64,000 nt of DNA, from contig CAMPAN010000001.1 of NCBI GenBank assembly GCA_946631895.1, positions 50,436 to 114,435 on the forward strand, in the 5' to 3' direction. The position numbers and the translations under genes were made by a program. Below are positions 18,602 through 27,078 of this stretch, piece after piece. This stretch comes from an uncultured Clostridia bacterium (lineage in GTDB: Bacteria; Bacillota; Clostridia; Christensenellales; CAG-138). A model generated the notes under the pieces. That model ran no database searches, had not been told where the DNA came from, and worked only from the letters and a program-made list of their open reading frames with translations. Every line of letters starts with the position of its first letter. The first letter of the stretch is position 1.

Positions 18602-18702
18602 CGTTAAAATATTTACGTTTATCGTAAACTCTTGAACAGAGGATAACACATGAATTTATGTTTGTCAAGCAAAAATTAACGTAAAACGTAAAAATATTTA
18701 CG
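18602..18702 (-). promoter_or_regulatory. Candidate promoter bracketed by two 16-bp palindromic operator-like sites
   Basis: CGTTAAAATATTTACG (18602-18617) and CGTAAAAATATTTACG (18687-18702) are 15/16 identical. Minus-strand TTGACA (18663-18668), 17 nt, TATCCT (18640-18645) lies between them. Confidence 0.45.
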
Positions 18703-18722
18703 AAATGAGGAGAAGGCTCCGA

Positions 18723-19385
18723 TTATAATTCGAGACGCTTAAATGCATTCCGGCACCAAAGGAACACGGAGGAGAACGCTTCGTCGAAATCGGCATCGTC
18801 GGTCATGCCTGCAAGATCGAGCATGGCGCGGTCTTCGTCCGAAACGAGAGGATACAGATCCCGCTTCGCAAGCACAAATCGACCGGTTTCCAGATAGTGT
18901 ATGTTCTGGATCAGGAAGAACAGATCCTTTGAATGTGCGCGCAGTTTTCCGATATTCCTCGGTTGATCTGCATGAATATAACGATGGCACAGGGTATGGT
19001 ACAGATTCCCGAGACTCAGTTTGCAGTAATTGATCTCATCCGCCCGTGTCGCTTCCGGGAGATAATCGGTAAGCGTTCCGAACAGATTTTTCGTGGTGTG
19101 TTTTATCTGACAGATTTCAAGCGGGTTCCAACGCAGCATTTCGTCGCGTCCGCAGATAAAACCGCAGGACAGTTCGAAGTGCCCGAGCCGTTTCAGAATG
19201 GATCGGTATACGTCCATATCCGCAACGAGGAACCGATCCAAAAGGATCATGACGTCGATATCGCTGCGTTCATGCGCCTCTCCGCGTAAATAGCTTCCCT
19301 GCAGACCGACATACAGAAGCCGATCGGAGAATGCCTCCTTGCACGCGGCGATCAAATTATGCAAATATGCGTTCAGATCAATCAT
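18723..19385 (-). CDS. Nucleotidyltransferase-domain protein (aminoglycoside/KNTase-like fold)
   Basis: LYVGLQGSYLRGEAHERSDIDVMILLD is a pol-beta-type NTase motif (GS...DxD). 220 aa with a helical C-terminal domain. ATGA overlap with the upstream GNAT. Confidence 0.65.
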   Translation of the reverse strand: MIDLNAYLHNLIAACKEAFSDRLLYVGLQGSYLRGEAHERSDIDVMILLDRFLVADMDVYRSILKRLGHFELSCGFICGRDEMLRWNPLEICQIKHTTKNLFGTLTDYLPEATRADEINYCKLSLGNLYHTLCHRYIHADQPRNIGKLRAHSKDLFFLIQNIHYLETGRFVLAKRDLYPLVSDEDRAMLDLAGMTDDADFDEAFSSVFLWCRNAFKRLEL

Positions 19386-19835
19386 AATTGCCTCATGTCC
19401 ATAGCAAGCTCGATTTCGTCTTCATCTTCGACTCCGGTTGCGGAAAACCCTTTGCTCTCGTAGAGCTTTCGTGCTGCAGAATTGTTTTTGCTGCAGGTCA
19501 AAGCAACGCGGTCCGAATCTCCGAACGGTTTTGTCCGGATATACGCAATCACGCAGTCCAAAGCCGCGCTGCCGTAGCCGCGTCCCTGTTCCGAGGCGTC
19601 GATCATCATGTGCCAGATATCGTATTCGGGAATATCATAATCATAGATCACCATGACGTATCCGACCATTTTATTCGCTGCGTAGATGCCGAACGGCTGA
19701 CACAGGTTTCTGTAAAACGTACGCCTGCGCGAGACTTCGTATCGGATGAGAAACAAACTTCTCCTGTCCGGACGCGAGCCTGAGATTAAATGCATCCATA
19801 AAGTTTTCTTCCGTGATCGGTCTCAGTTCTGTCAT
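19382..19835 (-). pseudogene. GNAT N-acetyltransferase interrupted by a +1 frameshift in a T4 run (or a homopolymer sequencing error)
   Basis: ATG at 19835 with GGAGG SD gives MTELRPITEENFMDAFNLRLASGQEKFVSHPIRSLAQAYV, then runs into a stop. The remainder (YRNLCQPFGIYAANKMVGYVMVIYD...QGRGYGSAAL) is in another frame. The span is 454 nt; removing one T at 19714-19717 restores a 151-codon reading frame including the stop (150 aa). Confidence 0.65.
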
Positions 19836-19961
19836 TGATTCCTCCGTTGCATCTGGTTGTGAAAGGAATGATGCTGTGACTCGCGGTATCGCATAATATC
19901 ACTTTTCGGGTGACGAATAAGACTGGCGAAGCAATATCATTCGCCGAAAGCAAATACCGTT

Positions 19962-19985
19962 GAAAAAAGCACGCTTTCGCGTGCT
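19962..19985 (-). terminator. Terminator downstream of tRNA-Ser
   Basis: AGCACGC (19968-19974) pairs with GCGTGCT (19979-19985), followed on the minus strand by TTTTTT. Confidence 0.6.
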
Positions 19986-19992
19986 GTTTTCA

Positions 19993-20086
19993 TGGCGGAG
20001 ACGGTGGGATTCGAACCCACGGACCGGCTCATCACCAGTCAAACGATTTCGAGTCGTTCTCGTTATGACCACTTCGATACGTCTCC
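19993..20086 (-). tRNA. tRNA-Ser (anticodon CGA), CCA encoded
   Basis: Minus strand reads GGAGACG...AACGA-CUCGAAA-UCGUU...long variable arm...GUGGGUUCGAAUCCCAC-CGUCUCC-G-CCA. Acceptor, anticodon and T arms fold by hand. Confidence 0.9.
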
Positions 20087-20106
20087 GTGTTTTCCGCATC
20101 TATGTT

Positions 20107-20135
20107 ATTATAACGCAGAGATCCGAAAAATGCAA
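20107..20135 (-). promoter_or_regulatory. Sigma-A-type promoter for tRNA-Ser
   Basis: Minus strand: TTGCAT (20130-20135), 17 nt, TATAAT (20107-20112), about 20 nt upstream of the tRNA 5' end. Confidence 0.6.
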
Positions 20136-20138
20136 CAG

Positions 20139-20582
20139 TTATTTGTGCCTGAGCTGAGAAAAGAATGAAGTTATCAATGTACGGCATTCATCCTCGCAGA
20201 TGCCGCCGATTGTTTCTATATCATGACCGAACCAGTGATCGCCGAGGTCGATCCGGGAACCGCAGCATCCGCAATCCGGATCAAATGCGCCGAAGACAAG
20301 GCGGGGAAGTTTCAGGTGCAGCATCGCACCGGCGCACATGGCGCACGGTTCCAGAGTGACATACAGCGTACATCCGTTCAAAGATCCCAGCTTTGCATAT
20401 GCGTCCTTCAGCACAATCATCTCCGCGTGAAGCAGAGGATCATGATTCAATTCGCATCGATTATGCGCGGAGGAGACGATCGCACCGTTCTTTACGATAA
20501 CGGCGCCGACGGGTACTTCGTTTTCGCAAAGCGCAGTCTTTGCCTCGTCCAGTGCCGCCTGCATCCAATCCCAGTCATTCAC
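20139..20582 (-). CDS. tadA: tRNA-specific adenosine deaminase TadA
   Basis: CDA zinc motifs HAEM and PCAMCAGA; 147 aa. Confidence 0.9.
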   Translation of the reverse strand: MNDWDWMQAALDEAKTALCENEVPVGAVIVKNGAIVSSAHNRCELNHDPLLHAEMIVLKDAYAKLGSLNGCTLYVTLEPCAMCAGAMLHLKLPRLVFGAFDPDCGCCGSRIDLGDHWFGHDIETIGGICEDECRTLITSFFSQLRHK

Positions 20583-21345
20583 GGCTCAGAACCTCCTCGG
20601 TATCGAAATCGGGATACGTAACGCGCATCAGGCAAAGACCGTGCGCAGGTGCGGTTGCGCCTGCCGCCGAGCGCTGTCCGCTTTCGATTGCAAGCTGCAT
20701 ATCGGAAACCGGTCGTTTTCCGCTGCCGATTTCGAGCATGGTCCCGACCAGGATCCGGACCATATTGTAGAGAAATCCGTTTCCCTCCACGCAATAGGTC
20801 AGGTGTTTGCCTGTCCGGATCCATTCGGATTTCGTTACGGTTCGGACGGTGTTTTCCATTCGTCTGCCGGAACACATGAACGCGCGAAAATCATGCGTGC
20901 CGAGAACCGCTTCGGCTGCAGTCTGCATAGCGGCGATATCCGGCATATAGTGAAGATGCAGCGATGTGGTTCTGGTAAAGACGTCTGCGTGCGTACCAAG
21001 CTGTACGGTATAGGAATATTGCTTGCGCTTTGCGGAAAACCGTGCGTGAAAAGACGGATCGCATTCCTCGGAATAGAGGACGCGAATATCGGGGGGCAGG
21101 TGCATATTCATGGCGATCGCGTATTTGTTCGCTGACATGCGGGCATTAGTATCGAAATGTGCAACCTGTGCGCGTGCGTGCACACCGCTGTCCGTTCGAC
21201 CGGATCCCTCGATACGGATCTGCTCGCCGGTCAGTTCATACAGCGCTTTTTCCAGAAGCTCCTGCACGGAAACACCGTTCGGCTGAACCTGCCAGCCGAC
21301 ATAATTTGTTCCGTCATAGGAAATAATTGTTCGAATCCGTCTCAT
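20575..21345 (-). CDS. truA: tRNA pseudouridine(38-40) synthase TruA
   Basis: ISYDGTNYVGWQVQPN...GSGRTDSGVHA catalytic Asp motif; synteny after ecfT. Confidence 0.9.
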   Translation of the reverse strand: MRRIRTIISYDGTNYVGWQVQPNGVSVQELLEKALYELTGEQIRIEGSGRTDSGVHARAQVAHFDTNARMSANKYAIAMNMHLPPDIRVLYSEECDPSFHARFSAKRKQYSYTVQLGTHADVFTRTTSLHLHYMPDIAAMQTAAEAVLGTHDFRAFMCSGRRMENTVRTVTKSEWIRTGKHLTYCVEGNGFLYNMVRILVGTMLEIGSGKRPVSDMQLAIESGQRSAAGATAPAHGLCLMRVTYPDFDTEEVLSRE

Positions 21346-22145
21346 TATACTGCAACCAAAAGAACGATCAGTACGGCAACAAATAAAAGCGTAACAAGTA
21401 TTGCAAAGAGGTCGTCTTTCCGGAATTTCAGCTGCTTCATGCGAGTTCTGCCTTCACCGCCGTGATAGCACCGGGACTCCATGGCGATCGCAAGCTCATC
21501 GGCTTTCCGGAAGGAGGACACAAAGAGCGGGATCAGGATCGGAATCATACTCTTGACGCGCCTGAACACATTTCCGCTTTCAAAATCTGCGCCGCGGGAC
21601 ATTTGTGCATTGCGGATCTTTTCCGATTCGTCCATCAGCGTCGGCACAAATCGCAGCGCGATCGTCATCATCATGGCAAGCTCGTGTGCCGGAAAACGGA
21701 AGATCTTCAAAGGCGCCAGAAGCCTTTCCAGTCCGTCTGTCAGCGCAATCGGGGACGTCGTGAGCGTCAGCATGGAGGCGCCGGCAACAAGCAGAATGAT
21801 CCTGACAGAAAGGAAGAAGGACTGCAAAACCGCTTCACCGGTCAGTTTCCAGAAACCGAGATCAAGCCAGACGTGTTCACCCTTTGTAAAAAACAGGTTC
21901 AGGATGAACATGAAGATCAGGAGAAAACGGATCGGCTTCAAAGAATTCAGGATGTATTTTAAAGAAATCTTTGAAAGAACCAGTTCAAGAACAAGGTAAA
22001 AGAACGGGATCGTCAGGAAATAAATCTGCTTTACAAGGAATGTCATCGCGATGTAAAGGATCATCATGGCGATCTTTGTACGCGGATCGAGCCTGTGGAT
22101 GAAGGAATTGCCCGCTACGAATTGTCCGAGAGTGATGTCACGCAT
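21345..22145 (-). CDS. ecfT: ECF transporter transmembrane (T) component
   Basis: SFIHRLDPRTK start motif and the ARG signature region (ALRFVP...MSRGADF). Start trimmed to the ATG at 22145, which overlaps the ecfA2 stop. Confidence 0.85.
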   Translation of the reverse strand: MRDITLGQFVAGNSFIHRLDPRTKIAMMILYIAMTFLVKQIYFLTIPFFYLVLELVLSKISLKYILNSLKPIRFLLIFMFILNLFFTKGEHVWLDLGFWKLTGEAVLQSFFLSVRIILLVAGASMLTLTTSPIALTDGLERLLAPLKIFRFPAHELAMMMTIALRFVPTLMDESEKIRNAQMSRGADFESGNVFRRVKSMIPILIPLFVSSFRKADELAIAMESRCYHGGEGRTRMKQLKFRKDDLFAILVTLLFVAVLIVLLVAV

Positions 22146-22989
22146 GCTGTTTACCCTCCCGAATCCAATCCATGAATGCGGATTCCGTGCAGATCGTGCG
22201 AGGAATATCAACGCCGCGGCGATTCATTTCAATACAGATGTGTGTAATTGATGGGACGGACAGACCGATCTTCTGCAGCGCTTCTGCATGCGAAAAGACG
22301 GCTTGCGGCGTGTCGTACAGAAATACTGTACCTTGTTCCAGAACAAGGACCTTTGTCGCATGCTTTGCAATATCGTCCATCGAATGAGAGATCATGATAA
22401 TTGTGCAGCCGGATTCCGTGCGCAGCTTTTCGAGAAGAGAGAGAATCTCGCTGCGCCCGAGCGGATCAAGTCCCGCCATCGGCTCGTCGAGCACCAGGTA
22501 TTTCGGATGCATGGCAAGCACGCCCGCGATCGCGGCTCTTCTGCGTTCGCCGCCGGACAGATCAAAAGGAGAACGCGAAGAAAAACGGTCCGGGTCGAGA
22601 CCGACAAGCCGCATTGCGTCGGTAACGCGGGATTTGATCTCGTTTTCCTCGAGCTTCATATTACGCGGACCGAATGCAACATCGTCAAAGACGGTTTCTG
22701 CAAAGAGCTGATATTCCGGATACTGAAATACCATGCCGACCAGTGTACGTACGATCTTGCGCTCGTACTTTATTGCGACGTCGTGACCGTCGACAAGAAC
22801 GGTCCCTTTTTCGCTGCTCAACAATCCATTGAGATGCTTTGCAAAAGTAGACTTGCCGCTTCCGGTATGACCGATGATGCCGAGAAAGGAACCTTCTTCG
22901 ATCGTAAAGCTCAAATCCTTCAGTGTGGGTTCCAGACGCTTTCCGCCCTGCGTATAAGCAAATGTCAGGTGGTTTATAACAATGGACAT
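22138..22989 (-). CDS. ecfA2: ECF transporter ATPase EcfA2
   Basis: Walker A GHTGSGKST, signature LSGGERRR, Walker B LVLDEP. Confidence 0.85.
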   Translation of the reverse strand: MSIVINHLTFAYTQGGKRLEPTLKDLSFTIEEGSFLGIIGHTGSGKSTFAKHLNGLLSSEKGTVLVDGHDVAIKYERKIVRTLVGMVFQYPEYQLFAETVFDDVAFGPRNMKLEENEIKSRVTDAMRLVGLDPDRFSSRSPFDLSGGERRRAAIAGVLAMHPKYLVLDEPMAGLDPLGRSEILSLLEKLRTESGCTIIMISHSMDDIAKHATKVLVLEQGTVFLYDTPQAVFSHAEALQKIGLSVPSITHICIEMNRRGVDIPRTICTESAFMDWIREGKQHA

Positions 22990-23792
22990 AATTCCTCCGC
23001 AAGCTGACCGGCAGTCAGGACATTGTCGGAAAGTGAAAATCCGAGCTGTTTCAAAGAATCACGGACAGTAACGACCTCCGGCGGAACAAGATTGCTCTCC
23101 ATCAGAAGATCCGGATGGCAGAAGACCTCGGACGGAGTACCCGTCAAAACAATCTTTCCGCGGTTCATCACGACGATGCGATCGCAACCGGTGGTCTCCT
23201 CCATATACTGGGTTACCATCAATACGGTCATGCCCTGCTTGTGGAGCTTATGCACCGTAGAAAGGAGCTCGGCGCGTCCGCTAGGATCAAGCATCGCGCT
23301 CGCTTCATCCAGAACAAGGATCTGCGGCTTCAATGCAAGAATGCCCGCAATCGCAATACGCTGTTTCTGACCGCCGGAAAGGTGATGTACGGCGAATTCG
23401 GCATAATCGCTCATACCGACATCGGCAAGCGCCTCATCAACGCGTGCACGGATCTCGGACGGTGCAACGCCGAGGTTTTCGGGACCGAACGCAACGTCCT
23501 CTTCAACGATCGTTGTAACCAACTGATTGTCGGGGTTCTGAAATGCCATGCCGACATTCTGCCTGATTTTCAAAAGATTGTCCTCAACCCGGGTGTCCAG
23601 TCCGTTTACGGTTACGGTTCCCGTTACGGGAAGCAGCAGCCCGTTTACATGCTTTGCAAGCGTACTTTTTCCGCTGCCGTTATGTCCGACGATCGCAACA
23701 AATTCCCCGTCCGGGATCTCCAGCGAGACATTCGAAAGGGCGGGGGAAAATGCGTTTTCGTATTGGAATGTTACATTATCGAACTTGATCAT
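22974..23792 (-). CDS. ecfA1: ECF transporter ATPase EcfA1
   Basis: Walker A GHNGSGKST, signature LSGGQKQR, Walker B LVLDEA. Start at MIKFDNV, with GGATGGAG SD. Confidence 0.85.
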   Translation of the reverse strand: MIKFDNVTFQYENAFSPALSNVSLEIPDGEFVAIVGHNGSGKSTLAKHVNGLLLPVTGTVTVNGLDTRVEDNLLKIRQNVGMAFQNPDNQLVTTIVEEDVAFGPENLGVAPSEIRARVDEALADVGMSDYAEFAVHHLSGGQKQRIAIAGILALKPQILVLDEASAMLDPSGRAELLSTVHKLHKQGMTVLMVTQYMEETTGCDRIVVMNRGKIVLTGTPSEVFCHPDLLMESNLVPPEVVTVRDSLKQLGFSLSDNVLTAGQLAEELCPLL

Positions 23793-23883
23793 GAAATACT
23801 CCATCCAAAATATCAAACTATAGTATACATTAGGTCTGTTCTTTTTTCAAGCGGTTTGTTATAATCAAAGCGGAGGTGGTGGC

Positions 23884-25236
23884 ATGCTGACGCGTTTACA
23901 GGGAATTGATACGATTGTATCCTGTGACCCGCTGGATCGCGTTTATACCGATACGGAACTGTGGTTTGAAAACGGAGAGATTGTCCATATCGGCTCCTGG
24001 GATCGGTCGGCGGATCGGGAATACGACTGCAAAGGCATGATCGTATATCCCGGCCTGATCAACGTACATCACCACCTGTACCAGTATTTTTCGCGAAATC
24101 TCAGTAAGGTCCAGAATCTTGAGCTGTTTGACTGGCTGAAAGCACTGTACGGCGTATGGAAGAATCTGAACGAAAAGACGGTTTATCTGAGCTCCTGCGC
24201 CGGTATGGCGGAACTGATGCGCTACGGGTGTACGACGTGTTTCGATCATCATTACGTATTTCCGGAGAACGGCGGCGATCTGCTCGGCGCACAGTTTGCC
24301 GCTGCAAACGCCCTCGGGATCCGTATGCATGCGTCCCGCGGCAGTATGGATCTCTCCGAGAAGGACGGAGGGCTTCCGCCGGATTCCGTGGTACAAACGG
24401 TCGATGCGATCCTGCGGGATTGTGAACGCGCGATTCAGACTTATCACGACCCGAATCCGTTTTCCATGCGTCAGGTCGTTGTTGCCCCGTGCTCGCCGTT
24501 TTCCGCGTCCGGCACACTCTATCGTGAAAGCGCAGTGCTTGCGCGGGAATCAGGGGTTCAGCTGCATACGCATCTCTGTGAAACGAAAGACGAAGAAGCA
24601 TATACGCTTTCAGCCTTCGGCATGCGTCCGTTCGATTATCTTGCATCGCTCGGATGGACGGGGAAAGATGTGTTTTACGCGCACGGCATTCATTTTAACG
24701 ACAGCGAGATGGACCGTATTGCCGAGACCGGAACAAAGATTGCGCATTGCCCGGTGTCGAACATGAAATTAAGCAGCGGCGTCATGCGCCTCCCGGACAT
24801 GCTGAAACGCAGGATCACAGTCGGTTTGGCGGTTGACGGCTCGGCAAGCAACGACGGTTCCAACCTGATGGATGAGATGCGGGCGGCTTATCTTGTGCAC
24901 CGTCTTACCTGGGGGAGCGATGCTCCGAGCGGGTATGAAATTCTGAAACTGGCGACAGCCGGCAGCGCAAAGGTGCTCGGAAGAGACGATATCGGTTCTG
25001 TGGAAATCGGAAAAGCGGCGGATGTTTTTGCAATCGACAGAAATACAAGCGACCTTCTCTGCGCGATAGACGATCCGAAAAACCTGTTCGGAAACGTCGG
25101 GTATCACCGCCCGTGCGAATATGTATTCGTAAACGGCGAGCTGACGATACACAAAGGAAAGATCATGCGGATCGACGAGGAAACGCTTCATCGCTTTTCG
25201 GAAACGGAATTAAAACGGTTCTTATCGACGCTGTAA
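23884..25236 (+). CDS. Amidohydrolase-superfamily deaminase (8-oxoguanine deaminase / chlorohydrolase-like)
   Basis: PGLINVHHHLYQ metal-binding motif, ...HTHLCET..., HG.H and DGSASND motifs; 450 aa. Confidence 0.7.
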   Translation: MLTRLQGIDTIVSCDPLDRVYTDTELWFENGEIVHIGSWDRSADREYDCKGMIVYPGLINVHHHLYQYFSRNLSKVQNLELFDWLKALYGVWKNLNEKTVYLSSCAGMAELMRYGCTTCFDHHYVFPENGGDLLGAQFAAANALGIRMHASRGSMDLSEKDGGLPPDSVVQTVDAILRDCERAIQTYHDPNPFSMRQVVVAPCSPFSASGTLYRESAVLARESGVQLHTHLCETKDEEAYTLSAFGMRPFDYLASLGWTGKDVFYAHGIHFNDSEMDRIAETGTKIAHCPVSNMKLSSGVMRLPDMLKRRITVGLAVDGSASNDGSNLMDEMRAAYLVHRLTWGSDAPSGYEILKLATAGSAKVLGRDDIGSVEIGKAADVFAIDRNTSDLLCAIDDPKNLFGNVGYHRPCEYVFVNGELTIHKGKIMRIDEETLHRFSETELKRFLSTL

Positions 25237-25238
25237 TG

Positions 25239-25270
25239 AAAAATGTGTGCCTGATAAGCACACATTTTCT
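25239..25270. terminator. Bidirectional terminator between convergent genes
   Basis: AAAATGTGTGC (25240-25250) pairs with GCACACATTTT (25258-25268), 7-nt loop. Confidence 0.55.
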
Positions 25271-25273
25271 ACA

Positions 25274-26008
25274 TCATAGAAACTCAATCTCCCCGCGATC
25301 CACAGCGTTTTCCGTTCCGTCGTCAAATTGCACGATCAGACGAAACGTCCGGTCGATTCCGCCCGCAACGCCGTAACGGACGCCGTCGGGTTCGGAAACG
25401 AGAACGTGTCGTCCGCTGCCGATCAGCCTGTCCCGATAGGATTCATAAAATGCGATCGAAGGCAGCAGGTCATAATACCGCTTGAAACGCGCAAGCAACC
25501 GTTTCAGGAATTGCTTTCTCAATTCTTCATCCGGGTCGCCCGAGAATACGGCAGTTGCTGTTTCAGAGAGCTTATCGGGAAATCCGTTCTCCGGATAAAA
25601 CAGATTCACGCCGATGCCGACAACGGCATAATCAAAGCTGCCGTCCTGGTTCAGATGACTTTCCGTCAGGATGCCGGCGGCTTTTTTACCGTTTACATAG
25701 ATATCGTTGACCCATTTGATTCCGCACGCAATCTGATAATCCTCGATCGTCTCGGCAAGCGCAGCTGCAGACATACACGTTAATGCGTACGGCGCAAGCA
25801 TGCAGGAGGGGCGAAGGAGAATCGAAACATACAGCCCGGTACCCTTCGGCGAAAAGAAGACACGGTTCAGCCTTCCCCGACCGTTGGTCTGAGAGGCAGC
25901 AGCAAGCACATATCCTTCCGGTGCGCCTTCCTTCGCAAGCGCTTTGACCGTCGTATTGGTCGATTTGACGGAATCGACCGTATGCAGCTTATACTGAAGC
26001 GACGGCAT
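25274..26008 (-). CDS. birA: Biotin--[acetyl-CoA-carboxylase] ligase (group I, no HTH domain)
   Basis: QTNGRGRLNRVFFSP (GRGRxGR motif) and KWVNDIY; 244 aa. Its start overlaps the stop of the upstream racemase by 1 nt (TGATG). Confidence 0.8.
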   Translation of the reverse strand: MPSLQYKLHTVDSVKSTNTTVKALAKEGAPEGYVLAAASQTNGRGRLNRVFFSPKGTGLYVSILLRPSCMLAPYALTCMSAAALAETIEDYQIACGIKWVNDIYVNGKKAAGILTESHLNQDGSFDYAVVGIGVNLFYPENGFPDKLSETATAVFSGDPDEELRKQFLKRLLARFKRYYDLLPSIAFYESYRDRLIGSGRHVLVSEPDGVRYGVAGGIDRTFRLIVQFDDGTENAVDRGEIEFL

Positions 26009-27078
26009 CAGTCAACGGTCTCCTTCGCAACATAAGCGCTTGTACTTGCGGAAAGGAGCGCACCGTAATCCAAGCCGAATGATACGGTATCGCCTACCTT
26101 GTAATGCTTTGCTTTTGTGAGATCGAGCAGAAGATGATCCGAGCTTGCGCCGATGATCTCCACATCCGGATCAATCGGCGTCAGCCCGTCGACGCGTACG
26201 TCCTGTCTGCCGATCGCAGCGATCGCGCGGCGCATGATCCCCTTGTCCACGTATTCGACCGTTTCTCCGAATGCGTTGCGGCTGAGCGTACCGATGGGGT
26301 AGGAGGGCTTATCTTTGCATTCCACGATCGTTGCACAGAGTTCAAAGACGTCCTGATAACAGCCTTCAATATCCGTATAGGTACCCGGAATCACGCCGCA
26401 CATGACGGACTCGCCGAGACGCAGATGATTGATCCCTTCGGGAAGGGTCCCGTCGAGAAGCAGCTTCAGAGAAGTGCTGTTCCCGCCGGAGATGATCGGG
26501 ATCGGAAGGTCGAGCTCCGTCCGCAGCCATTCCGTGATTGAAATGAGCGTTCCGAGATTATCCCGATCCGGCAAAACGGAACCGTAGCAGGTAAGGTTCG
26601 TTCCGGTTCCGTACAGCTCCAGATGTGGACAGGCTTTCACCGTTCGTGCAGCGTCAAGGATCTCGTCACGGTCACGGAAAAAGATCCCCTCGCGCAGATC
26701 GCCGAGGTCGATCATCAGGATCACGCGATGCGTTTTACCGAGTTTTGCAGCGGCTTCTTCCAGCGCAAGGATCGTTTCTTTCTCACTTTCAAGGCTGATG
26801 TCGGAGGCGCGTACAATATCCTCGGTGGCTTCCGGCATGCCGATCCGGAGCATCAGCTTCGGGAGATCGGAGACTGATTTTTCAAGATTTTCAATTCTGG
26901 AATCCGCAAGCATATCCGCACCGCTCCGATTGATGCAATCGATCGCAGACGGATGCGCACAAACCACCTTTGAAACAAGTGCAATCTGTACGCCTTGTGC
27001 ATGCGCAGCGTTGACAAGCGTCTGCATGTTGTGCAGAAGCTTTTGTTTGTGAATCATCAGTTTCGGATTTCGTTCCAT
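26008..27078 (-). CDS. orr: Alanine/ornithine racemase family PLP enzyme (ornithine racemase by context)
   Basis: Fold-III PLP enzyme (ALVSKVVCAHP with the PLP lysine); 356 aa; last gene of the ornithine cluster. Confidence 0.7.
   Translation of the reverse strand: MERNPKLMIHKQKLLHNMQTLVNAAHAQGVQIALVSKVVCAHPSAIDCINRSGADMLADSRIENLEKSVSDLPKLMLRIGMPEATEDIVRASDISLESEKETILALEEAAAKLGKTHRVILMIDLGDLREGIFFRDRDEILDAARTVKACPHLELYGTGTNLTCYGSVLPDRDNLGTLISITEWLRTELDLPIPIISGGNSTSLKLLLDGTLPEGINHLRLGESVMCGVIPGTYTDIEGCYQDVFELCATIVECKDKPSYPIGTLSRNAFGETVEYVDKGIMRRAIAAIGRQDVRVDGLTPIDPDVEIIGASSDHLLLDLTKAKHYKVGDTVSFGLDYGALLSASTSAYVAKETVD

Noticed and set aside
18723-19835. The NTase plus GNAT pair considered as a toxin-antitoxin (MNT/HEPN or GNAT-toxin) module.
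   Set aside because: I found no HEPN Rx4-6H motif in the C-terminal half of the NTase and no small antitoxin-like HTH/RHH gene. The sizes and motifs fit small-molecule-modifying enzymes better.
19899-20157. ORFs 19899-20099 (-) and 19960-20157 (+).
   Set aside because: They overlap tRNA-Ser together with its promoter and terminator, and they show no coding features.
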